DNA of 47,229 nucleotides from the IMG/VR virus record IMGVR_UViG_3300020569_000004, positions 1 to 47,229 of that record; one strand, 5' to 3'. Both the position numbers and the translations under genes were made by a program. Origin of the DNA: a virus. Taxonomy: Duplodnaviria > Caudoviricetes. The notes beneath the pieces are model-generated. The model saw only the letters and a program-made list of their open reading frames with translations, searched no databases and was not told the DNA's origin. Shown here one piece after another: positions 36,053 through 43,731 of this stretch (positions are counted from its first letter, which is position 1; the number at the start of each line of letters is the position of its first letter).

Positions 36053-36370
36053 TCATTTTTTAAGAGCAAGCTTTTGTTGAAAAGAAATGTTCGCCATTTC
36101 CTTTGCACTCAACGGAGGTTCGCCGCTGAAATCAGCGGTTGGATCAGAATCAACAGCATCTTGCACGCCACCAACAAACTCATCAATCAAATCGCGAAGA
36201 TCAGAAAAATGTTCGTCCATGGTGTGACGCTTCAAGTCTTCTTCATTCAGCTGCTTTAACTCCTGAACAAGTAGAAGGATCTTCTCTCTCGGCCAAAGAG
36301 CCTCGCCGTCAGGAACAATGAATTGAACAGAGCAGTCTTTGATGCGGGCTGGTTTTTTGTAGGTGCTCAT
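36053..36370 (-). CDS. Hypothetical protein
   Basis: GEPPLSA.EM motif; coupled ORF. Confidence 0.65.
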   Translation of the reverse strand: MSTYKKPARIKDCSVQFIVPDGEALWPREKILLLVQELKQLNEEDLKRHTMDEHFSDLRDLIDEFVGGVQDAVDSDPTADFSGEPPLSAKEMANISFQQKLALKK

Positions 36371-36708
36371 TGATTTACAATAGAAAAAACGTTGGGGCGA
36401 GAAAAAAGTTCCTCGATGAATTGCTTAGATTCTCCAAGCCCAACACCAGTCAGCTCTCGATGAAACTTGAGCGCTTTGATCTTTGCCATTGGATAGCCCC
36501 CATTCTGAAGAACGTGGTGAACAACCTGTTTCTCAAGCTCGCTGATTGCAAGATTTGCAACTCGATCATCGAGAACGTGAGACGGAGAAACTCGCTTTGC
36601 GCAAGCAACAAATAGCTTGGGCTGAACCTTTGCCATCTCAAGTGCAACAGCTTTCCAGTCAAGCTCTCGCGTAACCCAATCGATTGCCTGTCGGTGATAA
36701 TTCGTCAT
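36367..36708 (-). CDS. Protein with ribosomal protein bL12 (L7/L12) C-terminal-like motif
   Basis: KIKALKFHRELTGVGLGESKQFIEEL matches the K-I-x-A/V-I-K-x-x-R-E-L-T-G-x-G-L-x-E-A-K-x-x-V-E consensus. Confidence 0.65.
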   Translation of the reverse strand: MTNYHRQAIDWVTRELDWKAVALEMAKVQPKLFVACAKRVSPSHVLDDRVANLAISELEKQVVHHVLQNGGYPMAKIKALKFHRELTGVGLGESKQFIEELFSRPNVFSIVNQ

Positions 36709-37175
36709 GTGGAAGAAAGAGAAAGAAGTTTTTGATCAGCCATCATGTTGGCTTGCGAGACAATCTCTGCAAACTTTTCGCCCCCAAGAGCATCCTTTGC
36801 GAGAGAGGCAATTTCCCGCTGAAGCAGCAAATCCCTCTTTTGTTTGAGCGCCCCAATGCGAAAACTAATCTCCCTGGAAACCGCTTTACCGAAAAAGATA
36901 AGAACGAAACGCTTGAAGGCATACCGTTTATGAGCATCCTTCCAGTCGTGAAAAGGATCTATGCGCTCAATGTAAGAGTTGACATCAGAATGAAACCCCT
37001 GCAAAGCATGTTGAGCGTCAATCTCAAGTCTTAACTTCTTGAGGTCATCAATGTGCATTGAAAGAATGTCCTGCAATGCAACTTCTCTATCGAGATAGCG
37101 AGAACGAAAGAAAAGCTCTCGCTTGTCCTCAAACTCAGGTTCACTCAGCCAGCGTTCGTCCTGTACGTTTTTCAT
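36705..37175 (-). CDS. Hypothetical protein (resembles 45811-46464)
   Basis: Helical 156 aa; C-terminal ..LGGEKFAEI..QA vs ..MGCERVAEI..EA. Confidence 0.6.
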   Translation of the reverse strand: MKNVQDERWLSEPEFEDKRELFFRSRYLDREVALQDILSMHIDDLKKLRLEIDAQHALQGFHSDVNSYIERIDPFHDWKDAHKRYAFKRFVLIFFGKAVSREISFRIGALKQKRDLLLQREIASLAKDALGGEKFAEIVSQANMMADQKLLSLSST

Positions 37176-37522
37176 GCAGTTTCGATAAGTCGTCGAGTTT
37201 GAAATAGATCGTCATTTTGACAGATGGCAGTCAAGCTCGGGAGGCAGACCACACGGAACCCAACGATGCTGCAGGCGCTGACGGGCAGGAGGTGGTCGCG
37301 GTAGGCCGAACGGCAGTCCCTAGGGAGGTCGCTCCAGGAGCCGCCGCGCAGCAGCTTGAAGACAGGCCTTGCAGCTTTTGTTTTTTCAGATAAACAAGCC
37401 ACACGGAACCCAACGAAGTAGCTGGCATTGACGGGCCGGAGGTGGCTGCGGAAGGCCGAACGGCAGCTCCCGGGGAGGCTGAACCAGGAGCCGCCGCGCA
37501 GCAGCTTTGCTTGTAAAGCCAT
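37172..37522 (-). CDS. Protein consisting of two tandem FGE/CLec C-terminal (DGR variable-repeat-like) segments
   Basis: KLLRGGSW..P..CRSA.R....P....VGFRV.C twice; ATG begins after a 2-nt gap following the stop of the FGE N-terminal gene. Confidence 0.8.
   Translation of the reverse strand: MALQAKLLRGGSWFSLPGSCRSAFRSHLRPVNASYFVGFRVACLSEKTKAARPVFKLLRGGSWSDLPRDCRSAYRDHLLPVSACSIVGFRVVCLPSLTAICQNDDLFQTRRLIETA
37249..37357 (-). repeat. Variable-repeat-like copy VR2
   Basis: 109 bp, 18 mismatches to VR1, 16 of them at codon positions 1-2; ~69% GC. Confidence 0.85.
37399..37507 (-). repeat. Variable-repeat-like copy VR1
   Basis: 150-bp period; no indels relative to VR2. Confidence 0.85.
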
Positions 37523-37524
37523 CT

Positions 37525-38046
37525 TCAGGAGCCCTCGTAATCGCTCAGGCACCACTCATAGACATTGCCATTCATGTCTTTCAGTCCCCATGGATTTGAA
37601 GGAAAGGAGCCGACGCGGCTAGTTGAGTTGCTATCGCAATTTGCCTTGGAGTTGTCAAATTCATCGCCCCAAGGATAATCTGTATCCGTCCCCGCCCGAC
37701 ACGCATACTCCCATTGCTCCTCAGTGGGCAGTGTGTATGTTTTGCCGGTAGCCGTGCTCAGGCGGTTGCAGAACTCCATGGCTTGATACCAGTTGACAGA
37801 TTCAACTGGCAAGTCATCTCCGGTGAAATGCGACGGATTTTCTGGAAGGTCAATCTCGACCCTGGGAAGGTTCGTAGCAACATATCGCCATTGAGCCTGA
37901 GTAATTGGCGTCTCCCCAATTTCAAAGGCATCAACATGGACCTCTCGCTTCGAGTCTTTCGGGCCCATGAAATAATTGCCACCTGGCACTGACACCATTG
38001 GGAAAGAAACGGGCGCTGGAATGGCGTGATCGTTTTTGCTGAACAT
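37525..38046 (-). CDS. FGE-sulfatase/SUMF1-type CLec domain lacking its C-terminal segment
   Basis: MV.VPGG.Y.MG, F.IG.TPITQAQW, PVE.VNW..A..FC.RLS, LPTE.QWEYACRAGT, N.WGL.DM.GNV.EWC, then stop; first gene after cassette P8. Confidence 0.9.
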   Translation of the reverse strand: MFSKNDHAIPAPVSFPMVSVPGGNYFMGPKDSKREVHVDAFEIGETPITQAQWRYVATNLPRVEIDLPENPSHFTGDDLPVESVNWYQAMEFCNRLSTATGKTYTLPTEEQWEYACRAGTDTDYPWGDEFDNSKANCDSNSTSRVGSFPSNPWGLKDMNGNVYEWCLSDYEGS

Positions 38047-38071
38047 GTGACGTAGATAAAGCAGATTAACG

Positions 38072-38143
38072 AAAAAGTGAAGGCACTGCGCCCTCACTGA
38101 TTTAATGATACCACTTTGAGGGCGGTTTGTCAAGCACAAATAA
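38072..38143 (-). promoter_or_regulatory. Early promoter-stem-loop cassette P8
   Basis: TTGACA (38133-38128), 17 bp, TATCAT (38110-38105); hairpin AGTGAGGGC-GCAGT-GCCTTCACT followed by a U-tract. Confidence 0.85.
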
Positions 38144-38157
38144 ACCGCCCCATCAAC

Positions 38158-38583
38158 TCACACGAAGTAAATCCTACCGTTGTCATCAAGACAAGCCACG
38201 ATCTCGGGGAAAGAATGCGCGGCGCTGTTCAGGATTCTAGACACAGATTCATCCCATTTACCCTTGTTCCAAAAGCCCTCGCCCTCATAGTTCCTGGTAT
38301 AGATAAAGTACAACTCAGTGGGGTTGTCGGGGCGAGAATCGAGATAGAACTCGTCAAGACTGTTCCATTCTCTTTCCGTAACTTTGGCAATTTCTGGTTC
38401 AACCATTTCAATGAATCGCTGAAACTCCAGATAAAGTCTCTTGACCGACTCGGGAAGAACCTCTGCTGGGGAATAGATCTCGGAAAGGGGCGTGTCGAAA
38501 TCATCCGTAGACGTTTCAAGCATCGCCTCAACAAGAGCAAGTGCTGTGGGGTTTTTGATAGTTGTCATTTGAGCTGTTGTCAT
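38158..38583 (-). CDS. Conserved phage hypothetical protein
   Basis: F.YTRN..G.GFW..G.W..L..AA..F.E....DD.G.IY motif. Confidence 0.7.
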   Translation of the reverse strand: MTTAQMTTIKNPTALALVEAMLETSTDDFDTPLSEIYSPAEVLPESVKRLYLEFQRFIEMVEPEIAKVTEREWNSLDEFYLDSRPDNPTELYFIYTRNYEGEGFWNKGKWDESVSRILNSAAHSFPEIVACLDDNGRIYFV

Positions 38584-38595
38584 GTGAGCAAATAA

Positions 38596-38901
38596 CTAAA
38601 AGCCTGCAGAGGTGCTATTGGGCTGCTGGCAAACAATCCAGCCATGGCTTTTGCCAGAGGGGTTGTTTTTGCCGCGACCCACAAACTTAATGCGCCCCTG
38701 TCTGCGCATCGCAGCTTTCCTGCGATTTATCACATTTCTGAGATGATCCGCTTGCTCCCAGGGCGAAGCAGTCATTAAATACCAGCGAGAAGTAAAGCTT
38801 GCTGCAAGCCGCTGCAACGCTGAGTTATTTGAGGGGTGCCCATCAGAGGTGAGCAAGAATCTACAAATTGCGTTATCAAGCTCTGAAAAATCAGAAGCCA
38901 T
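38596..38901 (-). CDS. Hypothetical (possible wHTH) protein
   Basis: ELD.AI...L..RR..AMRRQGRI.F..GW pattern. Confidence 0.5.
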   Translation of the reverse strand: MASDFSELDNAICRFLLTSDGHPSNNSALQRLAASFTSRWYLMTASPWEQADHLRNVINRRKAAMRRQGRIKFVGRGKNNPSGKSHGWIVCQQPNSTSAGF

Positions 38902-39151
38902 CAACATCCTCCCCCTTGCCGGCTTTCTCAGCCAGAACGGCCTGTTTACGCAGCTCCGACAAGCACCAGACCACGCCTTCGTCAAGACGACGGCCGGTTT
39001 GAGCGGATCTTTCCTCAAGCCAGGCGGCAATTTCTTCAATCTCTGAAGATTGACCAGTTGCGATCAGTTCGAGGTTTTGCAGACGAGAATCCGTTCCCTT
39101 CGCATAAGCATTCGCCATTCTTCTCCAGAGAGGGGTTTTAGTTGCTTTCAT
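38891..39151 (-). CDS. Hypothetical protein
   Basis: PLWRRM..AY..EIE.IA.WL motif. Confidence 0.6.
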   Translation of the reverse strand: MKATKTPLWRRMANAYAKGTDSRLQNLELIATGQSSEIEEIAAWLEERSAQTGRRLDEGVVWCLSELRKQAVLAEKAGKGEDVDGF

Positions 39152-39156
39152 GTGAA

Positions 39157-39474
39157 TCAGTGAAAAAAGTTGCCGATCTTAAACTCTTTTTCCGCCCCCG
39201 AAAGAATCTCGGCAGCGGCAAAAAGACTAACGGAGGTTTGATGCCGCCTAAAATCGTACTTGATTTCTTGGGGGCAAAAGCTGTACCAATACTGCCCAAA
39301 CCAACTGTCTGCAAAAGCGTAGCACCTTTCAATGCCAAGACCAAAGAACATAAGCCCTTGCCTTACCTCGTAGGTTGCGGACAACTCTTTCATTAGAGAG
39401 TTCCAGGATTCGCCATCAACATTCTCAAGGTAGAGAATGAACTTAGCGATTTCGTCAATTAGTTCTTGTTGCAT
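39157..39474 (-). CDS. Hypothetical protein
   Basis: 105-aa ORF. Confidence 0.55.
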   Translation of the reverse strand: MQQELIDEIAKFILYLENVDGESWNSLMKELSATYEVRQGLMFFGLGIERCYAFADSWFGQYWYSFCPQEIKYDFRRHQTSVSLFAAAEILSGAEKEFKIGNFFH

Positions 39475-39763
39475 TTTTCTTGAGGATTTCTTCGAGGGTG
39501 ATGGGGCGCATGTCTTCGTCTACGCCAGTGCTTTGCATCAGTTTCTCCCTGATGGATTGAAGGTGTCCAAGCCTCGCAATGGCAAAGTTTCCACTAGCTA
39601 GAAGCTCATTGGAGAGAGCATTTTTATTCCATGGCATGAAGAAAGACCTGCGCTTGAGGGCCTTGGATTTTGCAAGAAAACTCTGCGTGAGGGAATGTGC
39701 AGCGAAATCAATTGCTTCGATGGCAACAAGAACGTCGCCGACGTAAAGCTCAGGTGTTTTCAT
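39455..39763 (-). CDS. Hypothetical protein
   Basis: 102-aa ORF. Confidence 0.55.
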   Translation of the reverse strand: MKTPELYVGDVLVAIEAIDFAAHSLTQSFLAKSKALKRRSFFMPWNKNALSNELLASGNFAIARLGHLQSIREKLMQSTGVDEDMRPITLEEILKKNATRTN

Positions 39764-39787
39764 TTGAGTGTTGCGATGGATTGATAC

Positions 39788-40288
39788 TCAGAATAGATGG
39801 CTGAGAGACTCGGGGATCTCTACAAATTCATTAAAGAAAACAAAACGAACAACGTCAGAAAAAGACATAGGCTCGATAGTGCCAGAAAAACCGTCAGGAC
39901 CTTTGCCCACGAGATAAAATTCTGCAGAGTTGAATAGGACACGGTTCTGAGCTTGCTGCCATCCATGATTCTGAAAAAACCTTGCAATTGTAACATGAAC
40001 AGCAGAGAGTCGGTAGTCATTCAATTCCATGCTCTTCCACTCTGATAACTTGCAAGAGAGTGGCAGAAAGTGAGAGCCGAACTCGGTCACGATCCAGAGG
40101 CGATATTCACCGCATCGCATTTTCTTGAGCTTGCGAGCATCGTGAACAGCGACATCGGAAAGATTGTATCGAACAATCCCGTCGGCAATAAAACACATGC
40201 GTTCATGCAGTGTTTGTTTGTCCTTTGGCTCGGGAGCAGTTTTAACTGACTCTTGATGTGAAATGAGATTGAGGTGGGCAATAGACAT
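39788..40288 (-). CDS. Hypothetical protein
   Basis: First gene after cassette P9; SDVAVHD..L...LW.V...GSH motif. Confidence 0.65.
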   Translation of the reverse strand: MSIAHLNLISHQESVKTAPEPKDKQTLHERMCFIADGIVRYNLSDVAVHDARKLKKMRCGEYRLWIVTEFGSHFLPLSCKLSEWKSMELNDYRLSAVHVTIARFFQNHGWQQAQNRVLFNSAEFYLVGKGPDGFSGTIEPMSFSDVVRFVFFNEFVEIPESLSHLF

Positions 40289-40290
40289 GC

Positions 40291-40352
40291 AAGGAGAGTG
40301 CCTTGGACCTCTATAATATAGCACTATTAGTGCCAGTTGTCAAGCACAAAGA
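40291..40352 (-). promoter_or_regulatory. Early promoter cassette P9 (diverged)
   Basis: TTTGTGC-TTGACA (40343-40338), 17 bp, TATATT (40320-40315); leader CAAGG..CCTTG. Confidence 0.75.
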
Positions 40353-40367
40353 ACTTGCACCTATAGC

Positions 40368-40922
40368 TTAGATCAGTCCTTCTATGTCAAGATCGGGGTA
40401 GCGGGCCTTGTTCATCAGCTTTGGCAAAAGGTCTATAACTTCAAAATATGGGCGAAAGGGGTCAACCCTTGGAAATCCCCCCTGGGAATACGGGCTGATC
40501 CATTTTGCAACTTCGTTGTCTACAAAGATAAGTGGATAATCAAATCTTGTGCCCAGCCAAATACAGCCAGTATCGATGGGGGCGAGGCTAGAACCATTTG
40601 TTCTCACGAAGGGAAACAAAGCCCCTTCCGGGCAGCACTCTTGCTCGTATTTGCAATATTTTCCCCCATCAGCAAGCAAGGCCAAGTCAACGTATCTTTT
40701 ATGCAGCTGACGAATGGATAAGTATTCCGCTATCGAACACTTCTCAATATCTTTTATTGAACCGTAAATCCTCCTTAATCTTATCTTCGCCCCCCGCCTG
40801 TAAGTCAGCGACTCTTTGCAAAGAGCGAATCTATTATCTGTCTGAGTGCGTGAAAAGTAAAAATGCCCATCATCCGAATAGCGCCCGTGAAATTTTTGAT
40901 TCTCTTTTCTGCTTGTAGACAT
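40368..40922 (-). CDS. Hypothetical protein
   Basis: 184-aa ORF. Confidence 0.5.
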   Translation of the reverse strand: MSTSRKENQKFHGRYSDDGHFYFSRTQTDNRFALCKESLTYRRGAKIRLRRIYGSIKDIEKCSIAEYLSIRQLHKRYVDLALLADGGKYCKYEQECCPEGALFPFVRTNGSSLAPIDTGCIWLGTRFDYPLIFVDNEVAKWISPYSQGGFPRVDPFRPYFEVIDLLPKLMNKARYPDLDIEGLI

Positions 40923-41391
40923 CTACCTGAAAAGTGGTGGGGCGGGGGAAAATTAAAAGTCTAAGTAGGTAGTGGTGCAGGTCTTGAGTGTATTCGGTTG
41001 GGGGCAGATGAATCAACCACTTAAGAATCATTCGAGACTTCTCGATGCAGCAAGCATACCACTGCCGATACATTTTGGCTTGTGATTCTTGAATTGTAGT
41101 AGCCTTCATAAAAGTAAACGGGCAAAGAAACTCTTTATGCCCCGGCGCCCCATAGCCCGTAACTTTGTAGTAGCAGTACCAGGGGCGTCTTATTTGTTGC
41201 TTTAATCTCAGAATCTGAAACGTAAAAAACATAATCGCATCCTCGTGTCGAATCGCACGCCAGCGATCTGATTGATGAATCAATCCACCCTTGCTCGCCC
41301 TCCGCCTCCTCTGTTCGGCCTCGTAGGTCTCTCGGTCGTAGATGGTGATTTCGTAAGCAAAGGGGGCTTTTGGATTGCGTTTTCTGGGCAT
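40870..41391 (-). CDS. Hypothetical basic protein at the divergence point
   Basis: 173-aa ORF. Confidence 0.5.
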   Translation of the reverse strand: MPRKRNPKAPFAYEITIYDRETYEAEQRRRRASKGGLIHQSDRWRAIRHEDAIMFFTFQILRLKQQIRRPWYCYYKVTGYGAPGHKEFLCPFTFMKATTIQESQAKMYRQWYACCIEKSRMILKWLIHLPPTEYTQDLHHYLLRLLIFPRPTTFQVDVYKQKRESKISRALFG

Positions 41392-41434
41392 GGCTGTAAA
41401 ATTGAATCAGTTTCGCAAACAAAATGCTTTCACC

Positions 41435-41653
41435 ATGTCTGTTTTCGTCTACGAAGCCATTTTGCCATCTGGGGAGTCCGAGGCCGGAACCTTGTCGGAG
41501 TCCTGCGCCTCCCTAAAAGAGGCTCTGGACATTCTCAGCACCCATGACTACGAACAGGTAACTGTTAAAAAAATCAAAGAAGAAGTTTATGATCAACTTT
41601 GCGATTTCAGAAACAGAAAAACAAGCAATCTTGAAACAATTGCAACTTTCTGA
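41435..41653 (+). CDS. Hypothetical protein
   Basis: First plus-strand ORF; FVYEA....G....G.L...S..EA...L motif. Confidence 0.5.
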   Translation: MSVFVYEAILPSGESEAGTLSESCASLKEALDILSTHDYEQVTVKKIKEEVYDQLCDFRNRKTSNLETIATF

Positions 41654-41861
41654 GGAAAAGCTTCGGGCAGCCTCTCAAGAAGTCAAGGGGCTGCTTGAAG
41701 CACTTGAGTCCGAATACTGCTCTATTTCTAAAGAGCTTCAGAATAAACTTGAAGAGCATACCACCAGCGTCTGTTCTTCAATGTTCAAGATTCGCGTGCA
41801 AAGATGCAGATTGCGGGGGCGAGAGAGGGAAATAGAAGCGGAAAAACAAGAAATATCTTGA
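41589..41861 (+). CDS. Hypothetical coiled-coil protein
   Basis: 90-aa ORF. Confidence 0.5.
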   Translation: MINFAISETEKQAILKQLQLSEEKLRAASQEVKGLLEALESEYCSISKELQNKLEEHTTSVCSSMFKIRVQRCRLRGREREIEAEKQEIS

Positions 41862-41868
41862 AAAGGGG

Positions 41869-41897
41869 TTGACACACGCCAATCTATCATGTATCGT
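41869..41897 (+). promoter_or_regulatory. Sigma70-type promoter for plus-strand genes
   Basis: TTGACA, 17 bp (ending TG), TATCGT; -10 box ends 25 nt before ATG 41923. Confidence 0.7.
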
Positions 41898-41922
41898 TAG
41901 AAGCGATCAATCAGTTACATCC

Positions 41923-42423
41923 ATGAATCACCTCTCTTCAATTCAACTTGGCGACACCATTTACGTGAAGGGTTTCGAGGACCAGGAGTTCGAGTTCGCG
42001 GGGCACAGCGTCGAGCAGCCCCTGGTGACCGTTCGGCTGCCTAGCAACCGCACGGTCAAGACGCGAGCCTTCCCGAGCCTTCTGGGCCGCCTCAAGGCCG
42101 CTCCAGAATCCGTGGCGGGGGCAGAGATGTGGAGCGTGCCCGCGATCCATGTGGCCAAGAGGCCCTTCTCCAAACTGGTGGGCTTTTCTGTTTTCGCTGC
42201 AATGCTTTTCTCGGGGGCAGCTCTTGCAGAAACTCGGAGCCCAGGATTTCTTGGCTTTTGCGAAGCAGCTTCAAACGCCAACATTCAGGGAATCTCTGCT
42301 GCCCCTGACTCTGAGCTTGCGCGGCGAGTTGTTGTCAATGGGGGCGTGAAGAAAGAAGACTACACCGCTGTTTGGCAGATTGCAAAAACCTCGATCTTCC
42401 CGATCTGCAGGGGGCTGTGGTGA
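41923..42423 (+). CDS. Hypothetical protein with internal TM/signal-like segment
   Basis: LVGFSVFAAMLFSGAALAE segment. Confidence 0.6.
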   Translation: MNHLSSIQLGDTIYVKGFEDQEFEFAGHSVEQPLVTVRLPSNRTVKTRAFPSLLGRLKAAPESVAGAEMWSVPAIHVAKRPFSKLVGFSVFAAMLFSGAALAETRSPGFLGFCEAASNANIQGISAAPDSELARRVVVNGGVKKEDYTAVWQIAKTSIFPICRGLW

Positions 42424-42465
42424 TCATCTCTCGTTTTTCTTAAAGTTTTATTACTCAAACCACAA

Positions 42466-42603
42466 ATGCAGCTTTATCAGCTCTTCTTAATTGCATCTAT
42501 GTACTGGCACGCACAAGCAAACGCCGGAGACAAGAACTTTGCGAAAGTTATGTCATTCGTCTATCTCTTGGCATCGGTCATAGTCTGGGGCCTTGAGAAA
42601 TAA
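42466..42603 (+). CDS. Small membrane protein, 45 aa
   Basis: Not in the ORF track; MQLYQLFLIASMYWHAQANAGDKNFAKVMSFVYLLASVIVWGLEK. Confidence 0.45.
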   Translation: MQLYQLFLIASMYWHAQANAGDKNFAKVMSFVYLLASVIVWGLEK

Positions 42604-42633
42604 AGTAAAACGCAAACACTATTCACGGCACCA

Positions 42634-43014
42634 ATGGCAACTTTCATTTCTCGACGTGAAGCTCAAGAAAACAAGAAACTTGAACGAGAGCAAAAAAGAA
42701 ATGAGAAGCTTAAATACGCTGATCTGATGTGGGCGGCGAAGAGAAGGTATCTTGATGATACGGAATGGTATCAGTTATTTCAACTGCACAAAGTCTATGG
42801 CAAATGGGGACCAGAGAGAAGTGAGTACGAGTTCGGTGTACTGGAGGAGCTACGTGCCTACTTCAAACGTCACGCCGTTGGCAGCAAGGCCCCAGAGCTT
42901 AATGCACTGGAGAGGCATCTTGCGCTCTATGCCGAGCAGCAAAAGACCATTGAAAAAGAACAAGACAGAATCAAGAATCTCGTCTGCCCGCACCCCAGTC
43001 TGAAAAAGAAATGA
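42634..43014 (+). CDS. Hypothetical protein
   Basis: 126-aa ORF. Confidence 0.65.
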   Translation: MATFISRREAQENKKLEREQKRNEKLKYADLMWAAKRRYLDDTEWYQLFQLHKVYGKWGPERSEYEFGVLEELRAYFKRHAVGSKAPELNALERHLALYAEQQKTIEKEQDRIKNLVCPHPSLKKK

Positions 43015-43292
43015 GCATCATTGGACCAATCTCACTCAAGGAAAGAGAGCCCACTGGTTCTGATTTCTTGACTACAAAAGCCGGCGGCACAGCACTTCGT
43101 TACTGCTGGCTCGGTTACAAAAAAAGATTTCCGAGGAGAGACAGCAAGAAAATGCGATGGTGCTGGCACTTCACAATCTTCCTGAACAAAAGTGAGAGGC
43201 TTTATGATTACGCGCAAGTGACTCACTGGCTTCCAGCAGATATAGAAACACTGCCCGCCTTAATAAATACTGAGGACCAAGAAAATGGCTAA
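43011..43292 (+). CDS. Hypothetical protein (DUF551-like cyanophage domain)
   Basis: PISL.EREP...D..CW..W..THWLP....LP motif. Confidence 0.65.
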   Translation: MSIIGPISLKEREPTGSDFLTTKAGGTALRYCWLGYKKRFPRRDSKKMRWCWHFTIFLNKSERLYDYAQVTHWLPADIETLPALINTEDQENG

Positions 43293-43596
43293 TCAGAGCA
43301 GCAATCAAGACGATCACGAAGAAATCCCATCAGCAAATGGCTTCGGCAGAAAAGTGCCAGCACTAATTCCTGCAGAGATTGAAAAAGTTGCGGCATGGTT
43401 CTGCAATCTTGACCACGAAGAGCAGGCTCAGTTTTTCATAGATGTTTCTAAAATTGCAGAAACCTGGCAGGGGCAGGCCACGAATCAATGGTGGTGGGTG
43501 GGGCGAGAAATACATCTGCGCATTCAGTTGGATAAAGGCAGCCAGCTCGCCGCGAATATGATTGCCTGTATTCTCAGTGGCATTGAGCCGTCATGA
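43285..43596 (+). CDS. Hypothetical protein
   Basis: F..LD..EQA.FF..V...W....QW motif. Confidence 0.65.
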   Translation: MANQSSNQDDHEEIPSANGFGRKVPALIPAEIEKVAAWFCNLDHEEQAQFFIDVSKIAETWQGQATNQWWWVGREIHLRIQLDKGSQLAANMIACILSGIEPS

Positions 43597-43731
43597 AGGC
43601 AAGCAAAAAACACAGGCTCGTTTCGTCACGGGGGTGTAAGATGTAGGTTGTTCACGGGACTTGTAAGCTTCCGCCCCCACGCTCTCTTTTCTTTTTCTTT
43701 CCATTCACCCTTCTGTTTTTCACTTTTAGCC

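Noticed and set aside
37249-37507. One of the two repeats being the DGR template repeat
   Set aside because: Neither copy has A at all mismatched sites (e.g. TTC/AGC, AGC/GAC, CGG/CTG) and neither is AAC-rich; both look like mutated products.
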